Positions 50,101 through 60,190 of a DNA stretch of 64,000 bases are shown here, piece after piece. Numbering within the stretch: the stretch's first letter is position 1; each line of letters starts with the position of its first letter. The notes beneath the pieces were generated by a model. The model worked only from the letters and a program-made list of their open reading frames with translations, was not told where the DNA came from and did no database searches. Position numbers and translations under genes: made by a program. Source of the DNA: Macrostomum hystrix (lineage: Eukaryota; Animalia; Platyhelminthes); assembly GCA_950097015.1 (NCBI GenBank), contig CATNEN010000010.1, positions 2,418,001 through 2,482,000 of the forward strand. The letters run 5' to 3'.

Positions 50101-50958
50101 GGCGTCTGCAGAACTCGCTGTTGGCGGCCTCTATCGATCCGAAAGCATCGGCCGACCAGTGACGGAGTTGCTCATCGGCCTTTCCGGCGAATAGCGGCCA
50201 GTCCGCACGTTTGAGATTGTACTGGGCGGGTTTGCGGCTGCCTTTCGGTTGCGTGAAGGCCACTGTCAGTAGAATTGGTAGGTGATCTGACCCCATGGTG
50301 TCTTTGACGTCCCAGCTGACATGGCTGGACATCTCTGCGTGACACAGCGAAACGTCCGGGGTCGACTCCTGGGTCCTCCTGGGCTTACACGCGTCGGACT
50401 TCCGTCGTTCAAGGTCGTCCAGCTGTGGTTGGTCATCCAGTCTTCGAGCTCTTCGCCTATTGCGTCTGGGTCTCTTAGCTCGTCCCAACTGCCGTGCGCA
50501 TTCAGATCTCCGAGCAGCAGCCAGTTGCTTTCTGTTGGCCACATGTCGGCATGCAGCCTGCCGTCCCGCTCGTCTCTTGCCGAAGTGCGGACCGGCGGTC
50601 TGTAGACGTTACTGATGTAGAGAGGGCGTTTCTTGTTGCCGAGGAGCCGGATCGTGAGGTGCTCCAGCGCTGCGGTCTCTGGGACTCCCAAGGCCCCCTG
50701 GGCCACTTCGTGGGCAAGCCCGTGCCTGACTAAGGTGAGGAGCCCGCCGTGATGGCCTGCTGCCCCCCTGTGAACGGCACGGTCCCGCCGGTGTGCAGAG
50801 AAGCCTGCTATCTTAGGGGTGTGATCTTGTGCTGTCAGATTTGTTTCCTGAAGGACTGCCACGTCCACTTGAAGCTCCTCTAGAAGATGTTCGAGAGCCG
50901 GGCGCCGCATCCGCAGGCCGTTGAGGTTCCATTGCAGGATGCGGATGTCGGCTTGAGA

Positions 50959-51030
50959 AGGTCCGGGATTTTGCTCAATGTCCCCCGACAGTAGAAGACG
51001 GCAGCGAGACTCGTCGGGGTTGGTCTGCTG
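50959..51030 (-). other. 2A-like ribosomal stop-go peptide at start of LINE ORF
   Basis: QTNPDESRCRLLLSGDIEQNPG-P matches D(V/I)ExNPGP; APE domain starts a few residues later. Confidence 0.9.
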
Positions 51031-51085
51031 CCCACCCGAAAACCCGAAGGTCTGGGTGCGGGCACCGAGGCGGCATCCGGTGGGT

Positions 51086-51151
51086 GGAGGCACTTTGCGC
51101 AGTAAAGCTGCGACATCGGTCCCCTCGGGAAGGGGGCCTCCGTTGACCGAC
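51086..51151 (-). ncRNA. HDV-like (CPEB3-type) self-cleaving ribozyme at the LINE 5' end
   Basis: GUCGGUC AAC GGAGGCC CCC UUCCCGA GGG GACCGAU GU CGCAG CUUUA CUGCG CAAA GUGCCUCC: P1 7 bp with G1-U37 wobble, P3 3 bp, L3, GU linker, P4 5 bp, J4/2 CAAA, P2 with one bulged U. Confidence 0.88.
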
Positions 51152-51502
51152 GCTCAAGCAGGTCGCTCCTCAGCTTGGCGAGAGCGCGCCTCAGCTTCGT
51201 CGAGCTCGTCACGCTCGCTCAGCATGCCGGGAGCCACCTTGAGCAGTCGGAGCAGCTCGCACTGCTCGCCGAGCTGCTCGTGAAGGCGCAGCGGCTCCGC
51301 GTCGTCTGTCGACTCGGCGGTGGCGGCTGAGGTTGCCTGCGGCACCGGAAGCTGGCTGCCGCAGTGGAAGCAGCGGACTGCAGCCGCGCCGTCAGTCAGG
51401 AAGAAGCCCGCGTCCGCCCATCGGCATCGGGCCGCCTCGTCCAGGTGGACCGCCGACCTGAGCGACTGCAAACGGCGCGAGCGCAGCGCGAACTCGGGAC
51501 AC
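51151..51502 (-). pseudogene. IAP-like copy A, 5' part (BIR), truncated at its 5' end
   Basis: Near-identical to copies B-D from CPEFALRSRRL to DLLER. Homology stops at 51502, so acceptor and leader are absent. Confidence 0.88.
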
Positions 51503-51975
51503 GGATGACCTACGTATGCACGCAATGACATTCCGGTGAGCTGGTTTATAGTAGGCTAGGCTAGTGCCTTGAGTGTCGCCCTTAGTAAATTTCACTACAA
51601 GTCTTCAAGCCTTCTCACCGCGGCTGCCCAACATCAAATCTATGTCTATGTGAAAGATCTATGTCAAACGGATGACCTACGTATGCACGCAATGACATTC
51701 CAGTGAGCTGGTTTAGTAGGCTAGGCCATATAAACAACTGTCAGTACTTGACGATGCTAAAAATAGCTAGCGGCAGAATGTACACTCAACTCAGTCAATC
51801 CGACGCACAGAACCCGTGCTCTGCTGGCCTTCAAGACGTATGGAAGGCGTACATCGCCCTTCTTCTGTACTCTGTTTAAAGAATTCTGTATAAAAGGGAG
51901 CTCTGCTCTTGACAGACCCTAACCAGAGCATTCACTGTCCCCCCAGATTCTTCGCGGTTCAGAAACAATCAGAAA

Positions 51976-53514
51976 ATGGCAGTGTTTAGCAGACTCATAG
52001 AGGTTCGGCTGGATTCAGTCAGTGCAGCCTACAGATCGGGTAAGCCAATGCGTTCATCTCATAGCCAATGAAGCTTACTAAATCGTTGCTTTAAAACTGC
52101 CTTTATCACAATCCAACAAAACCTAACCTTTCTGCTTCCAGGCAGCCTGGTGTTCTGCGTCACGGCGGCCAGGTGTCCCGAGTTCGCGCTGCGCTCGCGC
52201 CGTCTGCAATCGCTCAGGTCGGCGGTCCACCTGGACGAGTCGGCCCGATGCCGATGGGCGGACGCGGGCTTCTTCCTGACTGACGGTGCGGCTGCAGTCC
52301 GCTGCTTCCACTGCGGCAGCCAGCTTCCGGTGCCGCAGGCGACCTCCGTCGCCACCGCCGAGTCGACAGACGATGCGGAGCCGCTGCGCCTTCACGAGCA
52401 GCTCGGCGAGCAGTGCGAGCTGCTCCGACTGCTCAAGGTGGCGCACGGCATGCTGAGCGAGCGACACGAGAAGGTCGTGACGAGCTCGACGAAGCTGAGG
52501 CGCGCTCTCGCCAAGCTGAGTAGCGACCTGCTCGAGCGCAAGTCGATGCTCGGTCTGGTCGAGTCGTTCGGCTTCGCCAGGAGCAGCGTGATGTTCTGTG
52601 CCTGTCGGCAGTTCATGACTCAGGGAGGCCGTCTGGCCAGCAGACCGGGCGACCTCATCGAGCTGATCCACGAGTGCGAGCGGCTGCTTCCCGACTGCGG
52701 TCACGTGATCGACGTGGAGGCCGCGCTGAGCGTCAGCGCTTCGCTTGATGCGTCGGGAGCGTCCGCACAGCAGAGACCGATGGCAGAGCAGCAGAGACCG
52801 ATGGCAGAGCAGCAGAGACCGATGGCAGAGCAACAGAGACCGATGGCAGAGCAACAGAGACCGATGGCAGAGCAGCAGAGACCGATGGCAGAGCAACAGA
52901 GACCAATGGCAGAGCAGCAGAGACCGATGGCAGAGCAGCAGAGACCGATGGCAGAGCAGCAGAGACCGATGGCAGAGCAGCAGAGACCAATGGCAGAGCA
53001 GCAGAGACCAATGGCAGAGCAGCAGAGACCGATGGCAGAGCAGCAGAGACCGATGGCAGAGCAGCAGAGACCGATGGCAGAGCAGCAGAGACCGATGGCA
53101 GAGCAGCAGAGACCAATGGCAGAGCAACAGAGACCAATGGCAGAGCAGCAGAGACCGATGGCAGAGCAGCAGAGACCGATGGCAGAGCAGCAGAGACCAA
53201 TGGCAGAGCAGCAGAGACCAAATGCAGCGCAGCAGAGCTCAGAGAAAGTCAGTGCTGCAGCTGGTTTTGAGAAGGGCCCCATATCGGAGGACAAGGTCAT
53301 GTCTGGCCGACTTCAGACTCAAATCTCAGTGGAAGAGGAAGGCGAGGAAGCGGCTGAGAGCGACCAGTGCGTGCAGTGCCGCCAGCGCACCCGGGATCAC
53401 GTGACCCTGCCGTGTGCGCACTTTCTGCTGTGCCACGGCTGCATCAGCGGCAGGCGGGACTGCCCTCGGTGCGGCTCGCCCATCTTGGCTGCCCTGAGGG
53501 CCTTCATCTCCTGA
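51976..53514 (+). CDS. IAP-like copy B (BIR, UBA-like, 21x MAEQQRP, RING); exons 51976-52039, 52142-53514
   Basis: RL.S..ADAGFFL..VRCFHC..H.6.C BIR; SFGF..SV UBA-like; CVQC..HVTLPCAH..C..C..CPRC..AFIS IAP-type RING; phase-1 gtaag/ccag intron. Confidence 0.85.
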
Positions 53515-54246
53515 GCTGAGCTGCAAGCTGAGACCTGATCGTCAGACTGGATCCCGACTGACTTTCAGTTAATTGTTTGACGTCAGCTTTCAATGTCAGG
53601 TGGGAATTCTCTCAGTATCTCTCTCAGCCAGTCTTACTCGCTTGTTAAGTGCGGGGATCTCTTTTAAATGCTTTTATCAGCATTTTCTTATTACAGAAGA
53701 CATTTCTTTGAAGAAGAATTCCTTTTAATCATTTTAAACATTTTCGCATTTTTAAGCAGACATGCTGCAACTCTGAACATGTAATTATATTGTTTTGTAT
53801 TTTGTATTTTATTTATGAACTTATGAGCCGTCGGCAAAATTTTTTTTATTTGTCGTAATTTATTCTTGATCTGTTTGGACTTACTTATTTTAAATTTTGT
53901 ATGAATTTCTGGAGTTTCCACCCCGCTATTGAGAGTACTGACTGAATAATGACAAGCCAGCAACACACTTAACGCTATTCCGAGCCATTGTTACGAGTAG
54001 CGAAGTTTTAACTTCAATTGGGTCATTTTTAAGTCTACTTTCTTATTTAGTACGCACATAAATTACAGAAATAGTAAGATTCAGTTACAGGGCATCAGTT
54101 CTTGCTTCTTACTTGAGCATAGAAACCAGCTTAGCTATCTGCTCTACGCAGGTATGTGAAACTGCGCTATTTAAGGAATGCGAAAAATTTAATAAGAATT
54201 ACACAAACGTAAATCGAAACACATTGGTAAGTGCCAACTTAGTGAT

Positions 54247-54680
54247 GTCACTGACCCCCTCTGACCCCCATCTGACGCCCTCAACTTTCGCTGTCACTGA
54301 CCCCCTCTGACCCCCATCTGACGCCCTCAACTCTCGCTGTCACTGACCCCCTCTGACCCCCATCTGACGCCCTCAACTCTCGCTGTCACTGACCCCCTCT
54401 GACCCCCATCTGACGCCCTCAACTCTCGCTGTCACTGACCCCCTCTGACCCCCATCTGACGCCCTCAACTCTCGCTGTCACTGACCCCCTCTGACCCCCA
54501 TCTGACGCCCTCAACTCTCGCTGTCACTGACCCCCTCTGACCCCCATCTGACGCCCTCAACTCTCGCTGTCACTGACCCCCTCTGACCCCCATCTGACGC
54601 CCTCAACTCTCGCTGTCACTGACCCCCTCTGACCCCCATCTGACGCCCTCAACTCTCGCTGTCACTGAACCCCTCTGACC
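54247..54680. repeat. 46-bp minisatellite, left part, about 9 units
   Basis: GTCACTGACCCCCTCTGACCCCCATCTGACGCCCTCAACTCTCGCT. Confidence 0.96.
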
Positions 54681-57473
54681 GCTCGCACCGGCGGGACACA
54701 GTGCCTGTGAGGTATGAGTCAGTCCAGGCCCACGGGCTATGGCCTGCGATGCCTCACACCTGCAGTCGTTTCTTGAGCAGGCCGGGCAGGAAGGAGACCT
54801 GTGCCTTCGGGTACAGGAATCCCTCCGCGCTGTCCCGTCAGCTGACCCATGGGTACACGTCCCGCGAGTGTTCAAGGCTGACCCTAGGGCAGCCGGACAG
54901 AATGGGCAACAGCGCTGGATGACCCATCCAGGGCCTCCGGCCAAACTGGGTACCTCTAGCCCCGGCTGGAGGGAAAGGTGTCACCCTATGACCTTAACAG
55001 GGTATGCGGCCAGTCCGCAGCGTTTTTGCAGCTCAAGGATGGCTTCCTCCATCTCCTCTGCAGACTTCTACGGGCCTGCATCGTGCTGGGCTATGTACCA
55101 GCGCTGTGGCACGAAGCCCGGGTCGTCTTCATCCCGAAGCCCGCCAAAGGCGACTATCGCTCGGTCAAGTCCTATCGCCCGATAAGCTTGACTTCCACCT
55201 GCCTCAAGCTCATGGAAAGACTGGTGCTCTGGCGCCTTCTTACTGTAGAGCTAGGGCGGGCCCCGCTCTCCCCAAACCAGCACGCCTTTCGGGCGGGCCG
55301 GTCCACGGAGAGCGCCCTCCACTGCATCGTGGAGACTCTCGAGAAGGCAGTGCTGGGCAGCGGTTTTGCCCTGGCTGTCTTCCTAGACATTGAGGGGGCC
55401 TTCGATAACGTTGTTTTCGAAGCTTTTGAGGAGGCCCTGGTTTCCAGGGCCACTCACCCCCACCTCGTTCGCTGGGTCATGTACATGATCCGGCATCGCC
55501 ACGTGGTGGCCCACCTCGAAGGCAGGCTGCTCTCGGCACCTGTCCTAAAAGGAGGGCCCCAAGGCGGCGTCCTCACCCCACTGCTGTGGAATCTCGTCAT
55601 GGATGAGCTGCTGAAAAGCACTCGTCCTGACCCAGTCCTGAAGGTGGGATATGCCGACGATGTGACCGCCATCTGCGCGGGCCCCTCGGCGGAAACCACC
55701 AGGGACCTCATCCAGGGCTTTATCAACAGGGCGGTGCGCTGGGCGGACCAATGCGGGCTCCGACTCTCTGAGTCCAAGACCGTTGCGGTTATGTTTACCA
55801 GCAGACTGCTCTGGACCATTAAGCCTCTGACTCTCTATATGGCAAGAATATTGCCATGGAAAAGCAGGTCCGGTGCCTTGGTCTCCTGCTAGACCATAGG
55901 CTTAACTGGACCCCGCACGTCACCACAAAGGCCAAGAGGGCCCTGGCCATACTGGCGCAAGTCAGGCGTGCCGTGGGCACCACTTGGGGGCTAACCCCAA
56001 AGAACCTTTGGTGGATTTACACGGCGATCATTAGACCGTCCGTCGCTTACGCTGGCCTCATCTGGGCCAGCGCCATGAGCATCCAGATCATTGCAGGGCA
56101 TAGGGTGCAGGGCAGAGCCTGTCGTATGACGCTGGGCGCCCCACCCTCCACTCCCTTCGAAGGCATGAATGCTTTCCTCAACGCTACACCCATTGACATT
56201 TTCGTCAAGGGGGAAGCAGCAAAAGTCCACCCGTCGTCTCCTTGATGCGGGTGTCTCCTTCCAGAATTCGCGAGCCTTCTCGAAGCGCTCCCTTCTGCCT
56301 CACTCTGACCTCTGCCTGAAAACTCTGGGCGAGTGCGGAGGGCTCACCATCCTTTCGGACGGGGCCCCGGCCACTTTACTCCGGAGTCACAGGTACAAAG
56401 TCAGCATCTCCCCTCGTAATGAGGTAAAGGACTGCTGGGATGACCCGGCAGTCCACTGTTACACTGACGGCTCTCTGATGAACGGTAAATCGGGATTCGG
56501 AGTGTGCGTCGCCTCGGGTGGTGAGGTCCTCTGGACCCACTCCCAATACTGTGGCAAGAGCTCTAGCGTTTTCCAAAACGAAGTGCTCGCCATCAGCTTC
56601 TGTGCGGCTGAGCTGCGCCAGAGGCAACTGGCTGGTCGGAGGATCTTTTTTCACTCCGACAGTCAATCAGCCCTCAAGGCCCTCAGCCGCTGCACCTCCC
56701 GCTCCAGAACCACCTTGGACTGCAACACCCAGTTAAACGGGCTGGCGCAGTCTAACAAGGTGGAGCTGTTGTGGATCCCTGGGCATGCCGGGTTCACAGG
56801 GAATGAGATGGCGGACCAGCTTGCTAAGGCTGGAGCAGCCAGCTCCCTGATGGGCCCGGGCCCGGAGTCCCCGATCCCCATCTCTGTTGTCAACTCCAGC
56901 ATCAACCGCTGGATGGAGACCCAGCACCGGAGGAGGTGGTCCAGCACCCTGAACTGTCGCCAGTCCAGGGCTGCGGTGCCAACCCCCTCTAGTAACCTGC
57001 GTAAGGCCTTACTCCGGCTTAACCGCAGAGACCTAAGAGCAGTCACTATGGCCCTTTCGGGACATGGCTGCTTCACCAGACACCGCTACCTTCAAGGCCA
57101 CGTGCCTGAGGAAACGTGTCCCTTCTGCTGCTCCGGACGTGAAAATGCAGAGCACTTCATCTGCCACTGCCCGGCCTTCACCCGGGCTAGGCTAAAACAT
57201 CTCGAGCCGGCACCGACTCTTGCCGAAGCCTGCTCGCCCGAGAACATCCCACAGCTCGCCCACTTCCTCCGGGATACCGGCCGAGCTGATTTCTTCCCAG
57301 CCTATGGCGAGGAAGATCGCGCGGCGGAATCGACCGACGGAACACCCTGAGCGGCACCGCCTCGCTGGAGGCTGTCTGGCTGCCAGGGGTTAGCGATATG
57401 GGCGGCATCAGCCGCCTCCTCGCTGCGTCCGTCATGGAGGCTCCCTGCCGCTAAGTCAAGTCAAGTACGTCAA
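54681..57473 (+). mobile_element. 5'-truncated RT-RNase H non-LTR retrotransposon (I group, Loa/R1-like), at least two frameshifts
   Basis: [81 protein letters not shown]; (AAGTC)n tail; 14-bp TSD GAACCCCTCTGACC at 54667-54680 and 57474-57487. Confidence 0.9.
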
Positions 57474-58170
57474 GAACCCCTCTGACCCCCATCTGACCAC
57501 CTGAGTCTCGGCTGTCACTGACCCCCATCTGACCACCTGAGTCTCGGCTGTCACTGACCCCCTTAACTCTCGCAGTCACTGACCCCCATCTGACCCCCTG
57601 AGTCTCGGCTGTCACTGACCCCCATCTGACCACCTGAGTCTCGGCTGTCACTGACCCCCTTAACTCTCGCAGTCACTGACCCCCATCTGACCCCCTGAGT
57701 CTCGGCTGTCACTGACCCCCATCTGACCCCCTGAGTCTCGGCTGTCACTGACCCCCATCTGACCCCCATCTGACCACCTCAACTCTCGCTGTCACTGACC
57801 ACCATCTGACCCCCATCTGACCCCCATCTGACCACCTCAACTCTCGCTGTCACTGACCACCATCTGACCCCCATCTGACCCCCATCTGACCACCTCAACT
57901 CTCGCTGTCACTGACCACCATCTGACCCCCATCTGACCCCCATCTGACCACCTCAACTCTCGCTGTCACTGACCACCATCTGACCCCCATCTGACCCCCA
58001 TCTGACCACCTCAACTCTCGCTGTCACTGACCACCATCTGACCCCCATCTGACCCCCATCTGACCACCTCAACTCTCGCTGTCATTGACCCCCATCTGAC
58101 CCCCATCTGACCCCCATCTGACCACCTCAACTCTCGCTGTCACTGACCCCCATCTGACCCCCATCTGACC
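57474..58170. repeat. Right part of the CTGACC minisatellite, variable-length units
   Basis: GTCACTGACC / CATCTGACC / CTCAACTCTCGCT modules related to 54247-54680. Confidence 0.93.
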
Positions 58171-58822
58171 CACTTAAGTCCGAACATTTTTGAAGGGATT
58201 ACCGAATCTGTAGTCCGTCTGTTGTGTCAGCTTAGCGTTGAATTTGAAAATGCACACAGAGAAATAGTAAAAACCAGTTTGAAACAGCAGCCAGCTGAGT
58301 GAGGGGCCTGGCTGTACGAACAGTTTAAGCAGAGGGTAACCTGCTTTGCTAGAACAGCCAGCGCATTGTACAGGAAATCCTAGCCGCCCCCCCCCAAACA
58401 GCCGAATGTATAATACAAAAAAGGCCATTGAAGCCGTCACCAGAGAGGCCGCCTCGCAAAAGCTATTTTTAGACCGGCAAGACCCCGTGGTCAAACCAGA
58501 TCGGAGATCCAGTTCTGTGAGGCCACAATGCGTGCTTAAAACACGCGCGAATCCTGCGGGCTGTGGCAGAACTGACATTCTCAACCAGCGGATTGACATC
58601 GGAAGAAGCGGCCGACTGCCTTGCTGTGAATGCTGCGCGATGCGGTCTTGGGAAAGAAGACGGCCGAGCGGCTCCAACAGGTCAATGCGGAGTACAGCCA
58701 GAGTAAGTCTGACAATTTTCACCGTGGCTGTGCCAACCTGAACCAGCATGAGCAGACAGGACAGCCGCTTGTGACTGGGCCCAGTAGCATCCTAAATACG
58801 TGTTTTATGCAGATAATCAACA

Positions 58823-59872
58823 ATGTCAACCACAACGTCAGGCAGCCTGGTGTTCTGCGTCACGGCGGCCAGGTGTCCCGAGTTCGCGCTGCGCTCGCGC
58901 CGTTTGCAGTCGCTCAGGTCGGCGGTCCACCTGGACGAGGCGGCCCGATGCCGATGGGCGGACGCGGGCTTCTTCCTGACTGACGGTGCGGCTGCAGTCC
59001 GCTGCTTCCACTGCGGCAGCCAGCTTCCGGTGCCGCAGGCGACCTCCGTCGCCACCGCCGAGTCGACAGACGACGCGGAGCCGCTGCGCCTTCACGAGCA
59101 GCTCGGCGAGCAGTGCGAGCTGCTCCGACTGCTCAAGGTGGCGCACGGCATGCTGAGCGAGCGACACGAGAAGGTCGTGACGAGCTCGACGAAGCTGAGG
59201 CGCGCTCTCGCCAAGCTGAGGAGCGACCTGCTCGAGCGCAAGTCGATGCTCGGTCTGGTCGAGTCGTTCGGCTTCGACAGGAGCAGCGTGATGTTCTGCG
59301 CCTGTCGGCAGTTCATGACTCAGGGAGGCCGTCTGGCCAGCAGACCGGGCGACCTCATCGAGCTGATCCACGAGTGCGAGCGGCTGCTTCCCGACTGCGG
59401 TCACGTGATCGACGTGGAGGCCGCGCTGAGCGTCAGCGCATTGCTTGATGCGTCGGGAGCGTCCGCACAGCAGAGACCGATGGCAGAGCAACAGAGACCA
59501 ATGGCAGAGCAGCAGAGACCGATGGCAGAGCAGCAGAGACCGATGGCAGAGCAGCAGAGACCGATGGCAGAGCAGCAGAGACCAATGGCAGAGCAGCACA
59601 GACCGATGGCAGAGCAGCAGACGAATTTTACGAGTTATGATGTGGGGAGTCTTTCGGCCCACAAAGTGAGCAATGGACTCCAGATGCAATACCCGAAGCC
59701 TGAGTTAGAAGACAGTCAGGACCAGTGCGTGCAGTGCCGCCAGCGCACCCGGGATCACGTGATCCTGCCGTGTGCGCACTTCCTGCTGTGTCACGTCTGC
59801 ATCAGCGGCAGGCGGGACTGCCCTCGGTGCGGCTCGCCCATCTTGGCTGCCATGAAGGCCTTCATCTCCTGA
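58823..59872 (+). CDS. IAP-like copy C (BIR, UBA-like, 6x MAEQQRP plus partial, RING), intact ORF 349 aa
   Basis: Single ORF; acceptor-like ttttatgcag 10 nt before ATG. Confidence 0.88.
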   Translation: MSTTTSGSLVFCVTAARCPEFALRSRRLQSLRSAVHLDEAARCRWADAGFFLTDGAAAVRCFHCGSQLPVPQATSVATAESTDDAEPLRLHEQLGEQCELLRLLKVAHGMLSERHEKVVTSSTKLRRALAKLRSDLLERKSMLGLVESFGFDRSSVMFCACRQFMTQGGRLASRPGDLIELIHECERLLPDCGHVIDVEAALSVSALLDASGASAQQRPMAEQQRPMAEQQRPMAEQQRPMAEQQRPMAEQQRPMAEQHRPMAEQQTNFTSYDVGSLSAHKVSNGLQMQYPKPELEDSQDQCVQCRQRTRDHVILPCAHFLLCHVCISGRRDCPRCGSPILAAMKAFIS

Positions 59873-60190
59873 GATGGACATTTTCCGAATAAACCACCGC
59901 CTAGCTGATAGAGTAGACAATTATCGAAAATATATATTGATATTTAAGTTTATTTGAAACTATGATGCAGCCTATGAAACTTTTATGTGCGGTTCCCAAC
60001 TTCACCTACATGCAATATTTCACCTTTTGCGATGTTTTTGCCTGCAATATTCACTGCTAGAAGCACTGATTATGTGCCTCTGTCATTGTAGTGCGCTTTT
60101 TAGTTTTATCAGTTGTGATAGTAAATGCATAGCTGCTGCCCATGTGAGTTCATTGGTGCTACGAAAGTGCGTTGTCCCATTCTGCTGTAC

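Larger units (their letters stand above)
47108..51151 (-). mobile_element. Full-length Ingi-like non-LTR retrotransposon (2A-APE-RT-RNase H-zinc finger); one frameshift near 50380, one in-frame TAG at 48364-48362
   Basis: APE ILQWNLNG..VAVLQET..GDLNAH..SDH; RT YRPVSLLS..QSGFR..PQGSPLSP..YADD; RNase H IWTDGA..FDSQ..WVPGHAG..NEEAD; CPHC..HFLLECP; (AAC)6 tail; 12-13 bp TSD (A)CCTGCTYGAGC(G). Confidence 0.92.

Noticed and set aside
50880-51212. In-frame fusion of IAP copy A BIR with an alternative frame of the LINE 5' end
   Set aside because: Copy A lacks its leader, the added frame has no recognisable domain, and ribozyme cleavage would sever the RNA. Probably incidental.
58174-58780. ORFs upstream of IAP copy C as an extra exon
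   Set aside because: Weak donor, no homology to other copies, and an in-frame stop precedes ATG 58823 after the better acceptor at 58812.
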